Source: Phoronis australis (Eukaryota > Animalia > Phoronida). From it: 64,000 nt of DNA. Positions 45,166-60,029 of this stretch are shown piece after piece (position 1 is the stretch's first letter; the number at the start of each line of letters is the position of its first letter). The position numbers and the translations under genes are program-made. Location of the stretch: contig NMRA01000097.1 of assembly GCA_002633005.1 (NCBI GenBank), forward strand, positions 384,686 to 448,685, given 5' to 3'. Below the pieces are notes generated by a model, which made no database searches, was not told where the DNA came from, and worked only from the letters and a program-made list of their open reading frames with translations.

Positions 45166-48100
45166 AAACTTTGGATGTCACTGTTGACATTTTATTCGAC
45201 TTTCCTTGAAAGATACGGAGATACTGTACTCACCCTTGGATATGTTGTTTGTTAGGCCTTTTCAAGTACTTCGTCACCGGCCCTAACCCTACCATGTTTA
45301 TCTACGCTTTTGACCGGCATACTTCCTTCCGAACAACACTTAAAAAATATATATACTTTACCACGCACGAAAAAAAATCAATAAAAAATTAAAAAACAAA
45401 TTAAATAAATAATAATTGAAAAACAAAACTAATAAAATAAAAATAATAACATCAAAACGTGTTAAACATTTTAAAACACTCGTGTCAATTGCTATCACAT
45501 AATACTTCACATTTCGTTCTCTCGGCATAATTTAAACCTATTCCAACCGCGCTTAAGTTACGGTAATGCGTCAACTTTTGTTTTCGTCTAGCATCGTGGT
45601 CGGGTATTTCCCACCAGGACGATTTTCGAATAGTCGACTACTGTAGTGGCAGATAGGCGGACGTTATGATCGATGAGATCACGTCTCACATGCCTGCTAA
45701 GTTGTCCACTGCCCAGGCGCGTATAGCTTAGTCGTACGAAATCTGCGCTCGAGTGCCTCCAGAGCGAGGGCATGACCGGCTTAAGCTGTTTCCTTTAATT
45801 TTACGATTTTCGTATATACTAGTTCATTTCGGTGTAATTAGGACTAAGCCAGTCACTCTAACAGTTGTCCTTACCCGCTGAAGTAGGGTCGTTTTCATCT
45901 GCAACCCAGGATCCACTACACCCGGGCTATTGGTAGGCCTAAACAGTATCCATGTCACTGCGCCAAGTTTTTGAAAACGCGTCACTCACACTAGTGGATT
46001 ACATCTGCCTGTTTAGGCGTATAAATCATATCAGATTACCAGTATTTTAACACAAGATTTTTAATTTACGATTTCAAAATCTTGTAACCTTTCATTTTGC
46101 TAACCTATATTGCACGCAAATGTACCTAACCTACTTCCTAAAATTTCGTCACCAAAGCACACTGGGATCACACTAGCCCAAATTCAGTTGCAGTGCTCAT
46201 TGACCCAAATTTCATGGTAATGGGCCAGCCTGTGGTTTCACTCTGATGTAATTACATAATACATTTTTGCATAGTGCTGATGACCTGGTGCCAGCAATGG
46301 AACTTTCTAGACTAAATTTTCATGATACCAGAACCCTAGGCTTAATTGCGTTTACTAACTAGTTGTGCCCATCTTTTCCTGACATCGACAACACACATGT
46401 CATTTGTCCTTTTAGCTCTAGGATATTCGTTGAACACATTGATAGGGTGTTAGGCCCTTACTGCCAATCTTATTTTGCGACCAAGTTGCTTCCAAATTTG
46501 TGTACTTGGTGTTGTCTATTTTATACGACTCGGGGTATTATTATTCCTGAGAGCCTGTTGCTCTCTCCTCTCTCGTATAGTTGTGTTCTGTAGGATTTTT
46601 ATAGATATTTTAGTTTTCTTAGACATATAGTAGACATGCAAGTTTCCGTGTGAAGGTCTGTCTGTGGCAGATAGCTTGATACATGGTTTTAATTGATGAT
46701 TTTTATCAATCTGTCGGTTTTCATCTTTAAAGAATCAGCAAATAAATAGGACTGTTTGAATAATGATTTTAGATCTGTTCATAATCTTTACATGAAATGA
46801 CATATCCCATGCTGATGGTCCTTTACCTTTCCTGCCCCATTACTTCTTTCCTAACTTATATAAAAAATAAAAAATAAAAACAAATCAAACTATTTAAAAA
46901 AAACTAAATAACAACTATAAATCTAAATAAAATATATATATTTTAAAAAGTAAAATAATATTTAAAAAACAAATAAAAAAATATTTTAAAAACTACATAA
47001 AGTATTTAAAAAAACACACAAATGAAAATATAAAAGAACTAAATAAAAATGTTTTATAAAAAAATCTACAATCTTTCTGTTCTCAGTACAATTTTGCAGC
47101 GAGTTTCCTTAACAGCACATGCTTCCGTGTGAGGCCACTCCCCAGCCATTGTCACAACGCTTACCTCTTCTGGTACGCAAGTTAATTGTTCCACCGCAAT
47201 ACCAACACCTTCGCACATAGGAACCTGAACGTCAGTTCTCTTCGGCTGCTCTACCCTAGCTCATACATGTACATGATGCATTAGATTCGTAATAATTGCG
47301 GGGCACTAAACTTGGGGTACTAAAGTGTGGCCTAAACCGGCTGAATTTCGTCAGGATTTGCCGCGATATGAGTGAGGGTTAGTTGACCTTTGGGGGGCGG
47401 CTTGGACCCGGGGAAAGCGTAGGGTGGTCCTGTGCAATGCGATGCTCGGGTGGGAACCACCGCAGGTCCTCCAGGTAGGTTTGTGCTTGAACCGTTATGT
47501 GGTGCAATTTCCCTTGTAGTTAAGGCATAGCAGTGTCTGCTAGGTGAGTGTGGTATGGGGTCAGTAGAGGTGCCTGTAATGTGCAGCAACCACAACTCCG
47601 GCTCTCTCGGGGACCAGGGTGTGGCTGGGCTTCGAGCTTGGCGGGAGCGGTACTGCTCACCGTGAGGTATCTAATCTGCCCTCGTGTGCCGTGCCCCAAG
47701 TCTAGCATCGTGCCTGCATCACGGAGGGCGGGGGGGCGAGCTTCACTGAATATGGAGTCAAATCCGGGACTGGTATTAGTCCTTTTCTCATTGCTTGTGA
47801 CTACCTTTTTCTCCCATCCCCTGTCACTCCCCTACCAGGGTCACGGCCCCCACGTGAGTTGTGGCAGTGGACAGGATTGTTCATCCATGAACAACCCTGC
47901 CCATGTGGCACATACTGAGCCACAACACCACGTTCCTTACAATATCTCTTTTTATCACTCCGGCTGGTCTGCTCACTCAGCTTGTCCGGAATATGCTTTG
48001 CAGGTTGTTATAGGCCAGATGGCTGTTTGGTGTACCCACTTGGTACTTTATATGATATTTGCCCATTTGGCAGTTTGTACCCACTTGGTACATGTTATTG

Positions 48101-49489
48101 AATTTGCCGCTTTGCTCGACCCAGTTGGTAGGCAATCGGCCAATACCCATTTGGTATTATGTACCTATTTGGCACTATGCTAACCTGTGCCATTTAGTAT
48201 CCGATACTCAGTTACACTTTGGGTATCGGAAATGTGTGTGTTATATCTTGTAATTAAGGAACCCATCTGGTTCCTTCTGTAAAATATTTATTTGTAGGGC
48301 TGTGACCCTGAAATTCCCAATACAATTTAAAATATTTATCATTCTTGTTGTATTATTTGTCCCCAATAAGTGGCTTGTGGTGTAGCATAGATATATGTAT
48401 GAAGTACATTAGCTTTAAATTAAAAGGAAGCTATTAACTTCGTAATTTAATCAAATGTCTAAGTTTCCTAATTTCCACCTCCTATAGCCAGGATGTAGTT
48501 AGTGTTAGTTTTAGTGAAACTTGTTCGCACCATTGAGTGTATTGGGTTTACTGTTTACATTATTGTCAACAAAAGTGAACACTTAAAACCATGAGTGGCA
48601 ATTCTAGGCACTATTTCCGGCCTATGGAATGCGGTTAAATCAAACAGTACTTCCCAAAACCGCATCTATGACCACTGGAGATAAAACTTTCTGTTACCTG
48701 TTACGTTTTATTTTCTGCCTTTGTCACTGACGATCTTTTTGTAGTTTGAATGTTAGGTGATTTGTTATTCCTTGTGCCATTGCTGTAATTTTGGTAGAAA
48801 AAGTCTGCGCTGATGAAGCATAGTCTTCTGTTGTATAGTCCTTCCTGTCCATGTACTCACTTTTTCTTTGGATATGTTTCATAATTTTGTGTTGATTAGT
48901 CTGTCTGTACATTGCATACCGAATCCTCAATTCCCACATAATGTGAGAGACTGCGAACTATCCACGTATGAATATGTTATTAAGCTGATTTAGTTTTCAC
49001 TGCACTGTATTTATGACACTTGATGAACCGATTCTTGAACTGTGTCTGGATTTTTTGGTTCTTGTATTTCGCGCATGCTCAAACATTGTAAGGATCTAGA
49101 GTATTTTGAGGAAATACAATCAATTACTGTTAATGATATGTTAAAAGAACTCTCTTTCGTTAAATGATGTATGAAAATCATTAAATATGTTATTGTACAC
49201 TCTTGTTTAATATAGTGAAAATCGACTTTTCCTAATGCCTGTGATATTAAAATCTGTTGCTCTTGGAAAACTTAAGTTTACAAACGGTAGTTCCTTAAAA
49301 TCTTAAGTTCTGAAAATTTAAAGTTATCAAAAATTTAACTTTAAATAATTTAAGTTTGTTCCTAAAACATGTTGGAAAATTCTTTAATCTTTGAAAAAAC
49401 TTAAGAGTCTGAAACTTGAGTTTTCGAAAAGCTAAAGATCCAAAAACTTAAATTTTTGGAAAACATAATATTTTGGAATATGTTTTTCA

Positions 49490-50330
49490 GAACAAACTGC
49501 AAGAAAAGCCTTACACGCACTCTTTCAATTAAAATTTGTCGCATTTGTTCAGAAGAAACTGCCCCTAATAACCGTTTAAATGAACTCAAACATTATTTAC
49601 TTCAAATTCATTTCCCCTTACATCTTATACACAAACAGTTTGACAAAGCCCACTCAATCACAAAAAAATGAATCTTTAAGAACTAAAGCGCAAGATGATA
49701 CTATTAATAGAATACCTTTCACAACCATGTTCAATACATGATTAAACGGAATTAGCCACGCCTTCAGAAAGCATCTTTCCACTCTGCATATTTCTCCTCA
49801 TATGAAAAACCTATTTCCTCATCCAACTATAATTTCTTGGAGAAAATGTAAAAGCTTTTAAAAAATCCTCTTAGAACAAATATGGACTATAAAAACCAAA
49901 CTGACAAACCTAATGAAAACACACAATGAAACAAATCTAGATGCAAAATGTTTAACTTTATCAACAACAATGCTTCCTTCCAGTCTTCTTAAACCAATGA
50001 ACACTTCGAAATAAAGCATGTTTTTGACTGCACCACCAACAGTATCATTTACCAAATAACATGTAGAAAATGTTCCATTCAATATGTAGGGCAAACTCAA
50101 CATAATCTACAAACTCAGATTCGCAATCGTAGGTTGAACATTATACACAAAAACATTTCTGATATTATATGTAATCATTTCAATTCCAGAAAACATTATC
50201 TACAAGATCTGTCCGTACAAATAAATTTAGAGAAATTCCAATATCTCCGTACACCTCACAGACTCGAAAGAGAACAATTTTGGATAAATAAGCTGAACAT
50301 TTTTTAAATCTAATGGATTGAACATAAAGA
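49490..50330 (+). mobile_element. Decayed Penelope-like retroelement: RT thumb and GIY-YIG endonuclease region
   Basis: CKKSL...ICRICSEE...RLNELKHYLL...FP, then RIPFTT, FPHPTIISWRK, FDCTTNSIIYQITCRKCSIQYVGQT (~50026-50097) and terminal NGLN (~50312). Several stops and frameshifts. Confidence 0.88.
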
Positions 50331-50671
50331 CTTCCGACATTATGTCCTTTATTTTTCCGCAACTATGTACAGTACCATATTCATTCTGTCATTTATCAGA
50401 TATCAATTTCCTTATACATGTAGTGTTTCATTGTACTTTATTTCTGTTTCTGTTGACGAAATATATTATATACGGAAATTTTAGTGCTCCATTTTTGTTG
50501 TATTTTACGTATATTTATTTCCGTGTATGTTACGTATTCAGTAGAAAGTGTATTACATTGTCGAACTCAAATGAGTGGCATTCAAGTTGAACTGTGACGT
50601 CACTGACTAATCACTCTGGCATTAATTTGTTGCTGATTGGGACTGTCCACTGTGTGCTGCAATGGATGTTG

Positions 50672-50960
50672 ATAAGATCTTCTTAGAATGTTATGTAAAT
50701 CCTGCTTCCGCTTTTTTATCGAAACTCAAAAAGTCAGATTTGTTAGCGGTTGGTGGCAAAATAGGTCTTGCCACAAAGACGGCAATGCTCAAGAGTGAAA
50801 TCCTGAGATTAGTTTGTCAATTTTTGTAGAGGAAGATTTGTTAACTGACGACGTTCTTTTACCTATTAAGCTTCAGTCGTGAAACTGAGAATGAAATGCG
50901 AAAGCTACAACTGTAATTTGAGAACTTCAAATTTGAGAGTGAGTAAGAGTGGCAATGGCG
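50672..50960 (+). mobile_element. Gypsy-type LTR retrotransposon gag N-terminal fragment
   Basis: MDVDKIFLECYVNPASAFLSKLKKSDLLAVGGKIGLATKTAMLKSEILRLVCQF followed by decayed E/K-rich coiled-coil sequence; resembles invertebrate and fish Gypsy gag starts. Confidence 0.55.
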
Positions 50961-51282
50961 CACATGGGGTCACATTTGTTTGAATTAGCTTAAGGTCAAA
51001 AGTCACATTTTACACATGAGGAAAATATTCTACGCCTATGTTTATACCAAATAAAGAGACGTTAGAGAAAATCGACGAAATCGCAACAAGTTGACATTTT
51101 ATTTTTGAATGTTGATACTAAACGAAATGCTGCTTCAATAGAAATGAAAAGGCTTTAGGAAAAACCCTAAAAATACCGGGTGAGCTGCTTGAATTCTGTT
51201 TCACTTTCAGAATAACACTTTCAATATTGAAATTCAGTAGTGTGGTTATCGTGGTCCAGGTCTCTCAAAAGGAAAACCAAGA

Positions 51283-51390
51283 ATGGTGAGGCGTTGCGTT
51301 AGTGGTGGTTGTAGCATCGTAGTTTCTGACCATGACGTAACTGTTTTCGCTTTCCCGCGAGATTTAGAAACACGTTTGAAGCACATGAAA
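51283..51390 (+). pseudogene. THAP-domain N-terminal fragment (DNA transposon remnant)
   Basis: MVRRCVSGGCSIVVSDHDVTVFAFPRDLETRLK fits the THAP pattern M-x3-C-x4-C...F-x-FP-x-D...R. Confidence 0.6.
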
Positions 51391-53754
51391 CTCGTTTTTT
51401 GGTTGGCATAATACATTGACGCTGAGTACTTTTATACGCCACTCGCACATGAATTCAACATGACAATTGGTGTTAGCCTAAGCGGGACTGTGGCCGGAAC
51501 ATACGGCGAGTTAAACGTGAACGAAACGAGAGCACACCTTGAGCCAGACGTGGGCTACGCGTGAGTTTCGCTGCCTTTGATACAGTCGGGACGATCATAG
51601 TTGCTTCGTGTATTCTCATATATCCATTTTGTAAACAACTGCAAAGAGTGACAAAATCGGTAAGAAATTCCCTTATATGTTTGCAAAAAGGTGCTGGTCG
51701 GCTACAGTGTATCCCAAGGCCACTATTCTTTTACGCAATCTAGTTGCATGTATAGTTCAATAAAACATGTGTGGATGCACCAAACGGTTCACTTACTGAA
51801 CTGAAAGCCAAAGCATCAAGTCAATAATACTATCTTCAATGCTTTCAAATTAACAAAATTAGGAGATTGCAGTATGAATATGTACTCAATTGCGTGGATT
51901 ATTTTACATTACTGGATTTATTATTGAACATTTGATCTTGTTACATTAGATATCAACTGTAAAATGTGAATTATTTCTCCTTTATGCTAACACGAGTACT
52001 TCTTTTCATCGTTAAATGAACTCTGCACCAGAGAGGCACTAGTGCCGATGTATATGCAAATTAATTAGGAGTATTTTAGTGCAGGTTTATGAATGCATTT
52101 GAGAGCACGCTTTACTCCCTAGTGGTTGTATAAGACTTGAGGTTAATGCTTCATAATTAAAATATCAGAATTAAAGTTTGCCGTTTTCTCTTAAGTGGTA
52201 ACCGTGTGTTTGCCTTCGTATAAAAACTGGTACCAAAAAGTTTGAATGAAAATTGACCAACTGCTATAAAAATACAACTCCAAATAACGTCTAAGTTGCA
52301 CACATACTTCTTTCTGTGTAGTCAATCACATCACCGTGTAATGCCGCAGGCATAGCCATCCTAGGGGTTACGTGTTGGTTATCTTCTGTGTTCCGCCCGT
52401 GTGATTCGACCATCCGAAAATAAAACTAAAGCGAGTTTTTATGGATAGAAATACGTTATTTTGGTCCATTTCAGTTTGATTGTTTAAGAGATAGTTGAAT
52501 AATTAAACTACCAGATCACTAGACAATTTACTACATTTTAATTATTTTCACAAATTGCATATTCCGTTCTACCGTCTATTATTCCAAATCAAATCTTTGT
52601 TAGCCAGGGCATCTGATGTTTGAAACGTATCAATCCTTTGTTTACTCGTCCCTTTTGCCAGCCACCAGGGCATCAATTTATTTTTAGTGGTCTTTTGTCT
52701 CCCATCTTGGTAAAGCATCATTATTAGTTTTGATTTAATATACAGTACAGCCACTGAATTATTGGACTTCGTCCGGGCTGCCTCCGGTCTGGCTAGGCGT
52801 GACCTTAACCGGAGATCGACCTGAGTGAGGCGTGAATCGACAGTGACAACTGGCGTGAGCATAATCGTGGCTGTGTTCGAAACCTACCGTGAGTTAGGCG
52901 CGTAAGAAGAACGAGCACACTGTGAGTCAGGCGTGAGACAGGCGTGAGTCAGGCTTCAGTTTCCCTGCCTTCTCTACAGTCGGGACATTAATAATTGCTA
53001 TTCTCACGCGTTTAGTGCGACTAAAACAATGTTCTTCATCGTATTTCAACAAGCATTTCTCAGTGCTATATTCATGTAGTAAACGACTGAAGAAACTTTG
53101 ACATATCCGGTAAGACTTTGCCCACTGTGTTTGCATCGTAAACAGCGTTTACTACGTACATGTACATGTATTACACTGCGTGTATTATCTTACCCACATG
53201 GAGTATATTAGCTTGCGCGAAAGTAGTTCACTTCTGTCATTTTGCTCGGTGGACGGCGCTTTTGTAAAAATGATGGCTCCCGATTTCTGGTGTAGGAGGC
53301 AGTAGGCCTATTGCGTTTCTGAATCAATGTACAGTATGTGTTACCGAACAACAATTTTAAATGCCAACTCAGATCAATCCCCAAACCCGGAGTCTAACCT
53401 GGACCAGCCGTTTACGCATGTACGGTTGTACATGAAAAAAGAAGATAAATTGGTGATTTTCGACTCCTCACTGTCGCCGCTTGGACTTCGCTTCAGAGTT
53501 CAGTCTTTTCATACCTAACTACTTTGGAAAAGAGTCGGATATAATGGTCCCTGGTTTTGAGAATGAGGCTATCAATATAGCGAGTACAAACGCACAATTA
53601 AGTAATGGACTTAGCACTAGTTTCACCCGTTGCGTCCTACTTTATTTCCCAGAATTTCACGAAGCGATATTATTTTCCTCGATAACCTGACAATTGGCAA
53701 CTACGAAGGCAATCCAAAAACAAAAAATGTTCGAAGATGGAGCAGGCAGATGGT

Positions 53755-54710
53755 TATGAACGCTATGTCACAGATTTTCAATATGTTTTCTATGTTTCGT
53801 GACAATGGCCCCACTGACTCCAGACTACCTTCATTTTTTTTCAAAACGTCTTCTTTTGGTTTATATGGATAATATTTATTTCCAGCAGGTTTAAAGCTTG
53901 GCGGCTGTTAAGTTTTTATAAATTTTCAACAGTTACGTTAAGCAGTAACGTTGACATTTTGAAAATGTGTTGCTGATCTAGTGTGACCTTCGTCTACTTT
54001 ATTCTTGCATATTTGGAAGATTTCGATATGTTAGTCTATTTTAGGGCCGCAAAGTTGATGGGTATTGTTTAAAATCTTTATGAAGTCAAAGACTTGCATT
54101 ATTTAAAACTGCAAACACATAATCACCTTGTGGATCAGTAATTATTTATTATTCATTGCAAATAAGCCATCTTCGATGGTTCCATTGATTGGTTTACCTC
54201 TAATATAGTGGCTTCCTGCTCCACACCCCTTGAACAAGGTAAAATGAAATTGGATTTTATTGTTTTGTTTATCATCCCAAAGGTAACTATAATGCATATT
54301 GTAGTAAGGTTCAAAGCCGTGAAATTGAGTTTATCACCCCTCAGGGCATTTGTGCTTGATATGAGCTGTACTTCAATCTTAAGAGCATGTCCGCGAATGA
54401 ACCAATCAGACGGTGATAAACGTTATGTCACACGTTCTCTTTATATTTTCTCTGTGTGATGACAATGGGCCTACTGACTCCAGACCACCTTTTTTTTAAA
54501 AAAACCCTCCTTTTGGTTATCATGAATACTATTTGTTTCCGGAAATTTTGAGCCTGGCGTCAGTTAAGTTTGAGTAAAATTTTGACAGTTACGTTACGCA
54601 GTAGCAGTAACGTTGAAATATCGAACTTGTGTTATTGATCAAGAGTGACCTTCTACTACTTTATTTGTGTAAATTCAAAAAAATTCGATAATTTCAGAAC
54701 CGCATAAGAT
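53755..54710 (+). repeat. Diverged direct repeat pair (~290 bp; 53755-54050 and 54415-54710, period ~660)
   Basis: Shared tatgtcaca, gacaatgg, ctgactccagac, cagttacgtta and gcagtaacgttga. Confidence 0.8.
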
Positions 54711-57700
54711 GAGTACTTTAAGTGATTTTTGAAAATGTCAAAACTGGCTAACTTCGTTTCCCGATATCTCAGCTGCCACAGGTTTCAGAACATTTTACCA
54801 CCAACCAATGTGTTGGTCAATCTTAGATCTAGAAAATAAGACAAAAGATCCTAACGGATATCATGTCATTTGAGGTCGCCAATTCACCACATTGAGTAAT
54901 GCCGACAAACGTCAACAAAGGATTATTTGCTACAAGTTTACCCGAAAACTGCGATTCAATTTATCATTTATCAAATTTCGTAGTTTCAAGGTACTCTATT
55001 TCTGAAAAGTTCTCGTAGTCATGGAATTACTGTAGGATACTTGCTAGACAAACGGCAGTAGTTTTGGTCAGGACACCTTTTGCGAGAGTCGAAATTCAAA
55101 TCTCACATGTTTTACAAAGCTCAGTAATCTTATTCGCACTGCTAAAAAAGAAAACGCCACCGATAAATCATTTTCATAACACTTTCCTTCAAAAATCGCG
55201 GTTTACCCAACACCCCTTGCGACCTTTCAAATCTTTCAGTGTTGTATGAACAATATCACTTATTTTTGTTTTCGTCTGTGATTGTCCTGTTAACAAAGAA
55301 GATGCTTACTGTGAGTTAGCTCTGGAGTCGGGTCTGAACAAACGTTATTGTGAGGAATCTTCAAGTGGTCTTAATGCAGGGCGTTGAAAACGGAGGACAG
55401 TGTCAAGATAAAAGATCCATTGGCAACTACAGGCAACGGCAAAACCATTGGTAAGCAGATTTCCATTGAGGTTATATAGCTGCCAGTGCCTCAATGGCTT
55501 CACTTTTGAATTGGTACGGTTTGCTAGCATTATCATAGTGCTATTTGTATGTTGTTTGATGTGACTGACACAAGTGAAAAATGGGAGACTATCACGTAGC
55601 AGTGGGGGCTGACTACATGAGCTACCATTGAGAAGATACTTCACCTGCGCAGTGGGAGGCACAGAGGAGCATAGTTGAATGAGTTTGTGCGACTGGTTGT
55701 GAGAAGTTTAAAGAAGTGATTTCTTCCCAGTCCTCCAATATGCAAGGGTATCCGTTTCCAGTTGATCAGCTGTCACTTGACTACATAAATGTCTCCTGAT
55801 GGAAGCATGATCAGATTTCCATCCACTGCAGAGGTCACGTGAAACAAATGTGGATGATAAAGGCTGTTTTCAGTATAAAGTTCGTAAGTTCACGGCAAGT
55901 ATTGTATTTAGCTCATGTTTTTTCTTGAGACAGCAGACTATAAATATACAACATATAAAATTTGAGAAGTCTCAGTTCAAAATATAGCTTAAAGCAAATT
56001 GGGTTCTAATTGCTAGGTGTTTGTGGTGATTTAATAGCAAGACTACCAACTTTTCTTACGCAAAATCACAACAGGGATATCTAAATGTGGCAACTGATCT
56101 AAGTGCTAATGGACTGTCTCAAATATGAGACTCCTTTGTTAATTATCCAAAGCACACGTGATCTCGCTTACATGTACCTCCTCATCCCATACTGTACACG
56201 CAACTCCTCAGTCTGTACATGCAATGTTGGACCACTTTTAAGTAAAGAGTGATATTTAATGCGGGTAGTATCTGATTTAACACTCATCGCCCAGTTTATT
56301 TATACCAAATAGCATGGAACAACGAGATATCTAAATGTGTTCTTTGATCTAAATGCCAGTGGATTGGTTCAAGTACGACATTCCCAAAGTTTACTTTTCA
56401 ACATACAGGGATCACCCTCAACTTGTCATCACATATACTACACGAGACTGGCCAGCCTGCTTAAGTCACCACCTTTCCGAAATACCAGCATCTTTAAAAA
56501 TTGAACAACAAAGTTTTAAGCAGAACACTGACTAATTATCTTCAATTTTACTGAAAAAACCACAACAAGTGTTGCTAAAAGTATTTTGCATTTACCTCAG
56601 TTTCTACAATATCACATCAATAACAAGTGGTTAAATCACGCAGGCAATCCAACATATTATACACTGTTCGAGCGAACATGAAATCCGCAGTATTCGTGGA
56701 CATCACTGACTGTCAACTTCATTTTCTCCCTTATCTGACCATTTTCCAGAGCGGCTCAAGGAAGCCAAGCGTGAACAGAAAGCTTTATCCTGCTATGGTG
56801 GCAGCCAACCTTCCCCTCTAAACTGCTTCCGGTCTTAATCGCCTGTGCAGTTCTGGCTGTCTCTGCTTTGTACATGCTGGTAAATGACAGGTAACAATCT
56901 CGAATTATACACTTTTTGCAGAACTTCATAGAGCCTAGCAACTGTACAGGTGTGACTGCACTTGAGTAATCCAATCATTTTAGTTGAGATAATTCGTTTG
57001 ACCCCTGGCATTTTTCCAATTTGACCGGATTTCTTTGGACATCAAGTTGATATCATATACAGATCCTTAAAGTCGACATAGTGGGACTGCTAAAACATAA
57101 CGACACACTATGATTTCAAGAATTACATAAATCACTCTGTCTGACAACCGAAGTGAAACGAAATTGTGGCATGCAGGCTTAGAATGATATGACTTCAGCC
57201 TTCATCAAAATAAGTATAGGAAAAATACTTCTTGTAATGAACTAAAAAGAAGACGCATAACAACCACAATGGTTATTGAAAAGTGAAAGTCAATTAAAAC
57301 TTGCATTTTAAGCTTGCAACACATGGGCTCTAGATGCACATAATCTTAGACTAAATGTACAACTAACAGAAGACACTACTAGTAAGCGGACTTAGTAGCT
57401 CTAGGCTAGCTTAGAATCCAACAACGGCAAAACGACATGCATACATGTATAAAATGACTTAGGAACTCAATACTGTTCATCAGTTGTTTACAGTGATGCA
57501 GGCATACGACTACTGGATTTCAACAGTGGGCACAATAAAAAGCTCTGCACATACTGTTCAAACACAAGTACTGTTGTTATATTTTTATGATACATGCATG
57601 GTCAACCAGTGAATTTTCTGAAAGGAGAACCAGTAACTTGCACTGCATGGCACTGTATTAGAATAACAGCTGTCGTGTCTCTAGTGGTGCTAACTGGTTA

Positions 57701-59004
57701 TCAAATCAGGTATCCATGAAACAGGCTATAACCGCCAAAATAAATCATCACATGATAACTTCAAATTCAAACAAAATAGTAGTATTAGTAGTACATGTAG
57801 TGCTCACTAAATCCAACACTGTTGAGTTTCAATGCAAGTAAGTTGACTTAAGACATTTCAACCAGCATCCCCTCTTCAATCTTGACACGCGAGCCACTCC
57901 TAATGAAATGGTTGTTCGCAGAGTCTACCTGGTTTCCAAAGAATTCCAAGACAATCCCGGGGTCTTGCCCTTGCATCGGACGCAGTCAAACAGGTCTGAT
58001 GAACTCTCGCCTGTAGCTGTGATGACTTGGTACTCACTTTGCGCTGCATCAAGATTTCACACATGATCACAGGATATTCTGTCCCACACACTTCATCACA
58101 CTTCATCATAACAGTTAACACTCTGCAAGTCAGGATCTTCAGCACTAAAGTGACACCTGTTGTTGGACACTGGGTTCACAAAGAACGAGGAGTTTTAATG
58201 AAAATGGAAAAAATAACTTAAACAAATGACACCAAACTAAATATAAATTAAACAACTTTTGAATCAAAACAATGCACTCTGTTGGACAGGTGTTGTTGTG
58301 TTCCAAACAGGTGTCGGTATTGAAGGTAATTTCCACTCAGGTGGTTGTCATAATCTTGCGATTCAAATAGAAAAATGGTCAGCGCCAAAAAACAATTATT
58401 GTACCAATAAACATCAGTAAGACGGGAACGTCTTGTGTAAAGGTCTTGTGTTGACCAGTGTTTTGCCAGCTGAGATATTCGGTCTCAAAGTGTTGCGAAA
58501 TTGCAATGCTTTGTTTAACTCTAACCCCACTGTTTTATGGCTGAAGTTTTGAACTTAGTGGCAGACTTAATGAGTATTGTTTAACATCTTTGTGAAGCCA
58601 AAGACACGCTTTATTAAAAATGACAAACAAATAATGATCTTGTGCACTGGTATTTTTATCATGCATAGCAAACGAGCCATTTTCGGTGAGTCCATTACAT
58701 GGTATACCCCCCCCNCCCCCCCCAAATAGCTCCCTGGTTTCTCCCACTAATACAAGGTAATATGACATTGGACTTTACTGTTTTGTTTATCATCCAAGGG
58801 TAACTAAACTGTATAGTATGGTTCAAATCAGTGATATTGGTTTATCACCCCTCTGGGCATTTTTGCCTGCTGAGAGCCGTACTTCACCCATAAAAAGGTA
58901 AAGAAACGTTTTTCGAAAAACGCATTTAAGTCTATAATTTCAGTAATATATCGCCCCTGTGTTCCTGCGGAGACACCCAGACATACAGCACACATCACGA
59001 ATTT

Positions 59005-59190
59005 TTGGCCGACCGGTCGGAAATTGGTCGACGACTAGCCGTCGACCGGTCGGCTAATTTGCCGACCGGTCGGCTAAAATTTAGCCGACCGGCAGCCGCC
59101 CGCAGTGCCGACTCATAAGGCGACTCCCCAGCCGACCCTTCAGCCGACCCTTCAGCCGACCGGCCATCAGCCGACCAGCTGGTCGGCTGC
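59005..59190. repeat. GCCGAC/GTCGGC-rich palindromic repeat cluster
   Basis: Multiple GCCGACCGGTCGG(C) palindromes and tandem CAGCCGACCCTT units. Confidence 0.8.
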
Positions 59191-60029
59191 TATTTTTAGG
59201 CTAGAGTAGCAGTTGCGTAATAGGTTGTCAGGTTGATGCCACTTTGCGTGTCGATGCATATTCGTCTTAGCACTGGGTCAAATAAATTAACCTAGTTTTA
59301 CTGTCTCGGTTACATGAGTTCACGTCGGTTGTGTAATACCACTAATTCGAAGGTTGACAGCATGCGGTAATAGTAAACATTGGATTATGGACAATGCAAC
59401 AAGTTTTGGATGAAAAACGTGAAAGTTTTCTTTACATTTGATCTTTAATTTGACTCGTGACGTTAACAAGATGTATTAGATCTGTTGCTTCCCGGTCAAT
59501 ACAACGCTGTAGCCATTTTGTAAACGCAGCTATTTTAGCAGTCTTCGCCCGCAGTTGATTTCAAGTTGTTTGTGTAACGCCAAACTGCATCTTTTTGCGT
59601 TTTTTTAAGTTAGTCACCGGTCTCCTGTCACGCGCCCATTATGATGGATTAGTGAGTGAGTTCTTACACCGCGAAAAGCTCTCACTCCAGGGATTTTATT
59701 TTCATAGTATTGACCCTTGCAGTACAGACGCGAAATTCACGGTCCAGTATGCCCTAAACCCACGGACTTCGATGGCTGTAACTTCGAAATCATATTATGG
59801 TTACGATTTCCGCGAACTAAGACGGTGACATCACCACTGTTGAGGCTACAGCAAAGTAGCCTTGCGCATTCCGTTTTCAGTGTATCGGTGACGTTAAAAT
59901 CTGGGCTAGCAGTACATGTATACACGTAGTCCCCTATCAGTTGGTCGTTCAATGACGTTGTTCCAAAAATAAATATTTTCTGTCAACAACATATTGACAA
60001 ATTATGCAAAATAAAACAATTGTGAACGN

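Noticed and set aside
47548-48183. 211-aa plus-strand ORF
   Set aside because: Non-ATG start, partly built from short tandem repeats (tgtacccacttggtac), no recognisable motif; lies upstream of a decayed Penelope-like element.
59005-59190. CRISPR-like array
   Set aside because: Eukaryotic context, irregular spacing, no unique spacers of constant length and no cas genes.
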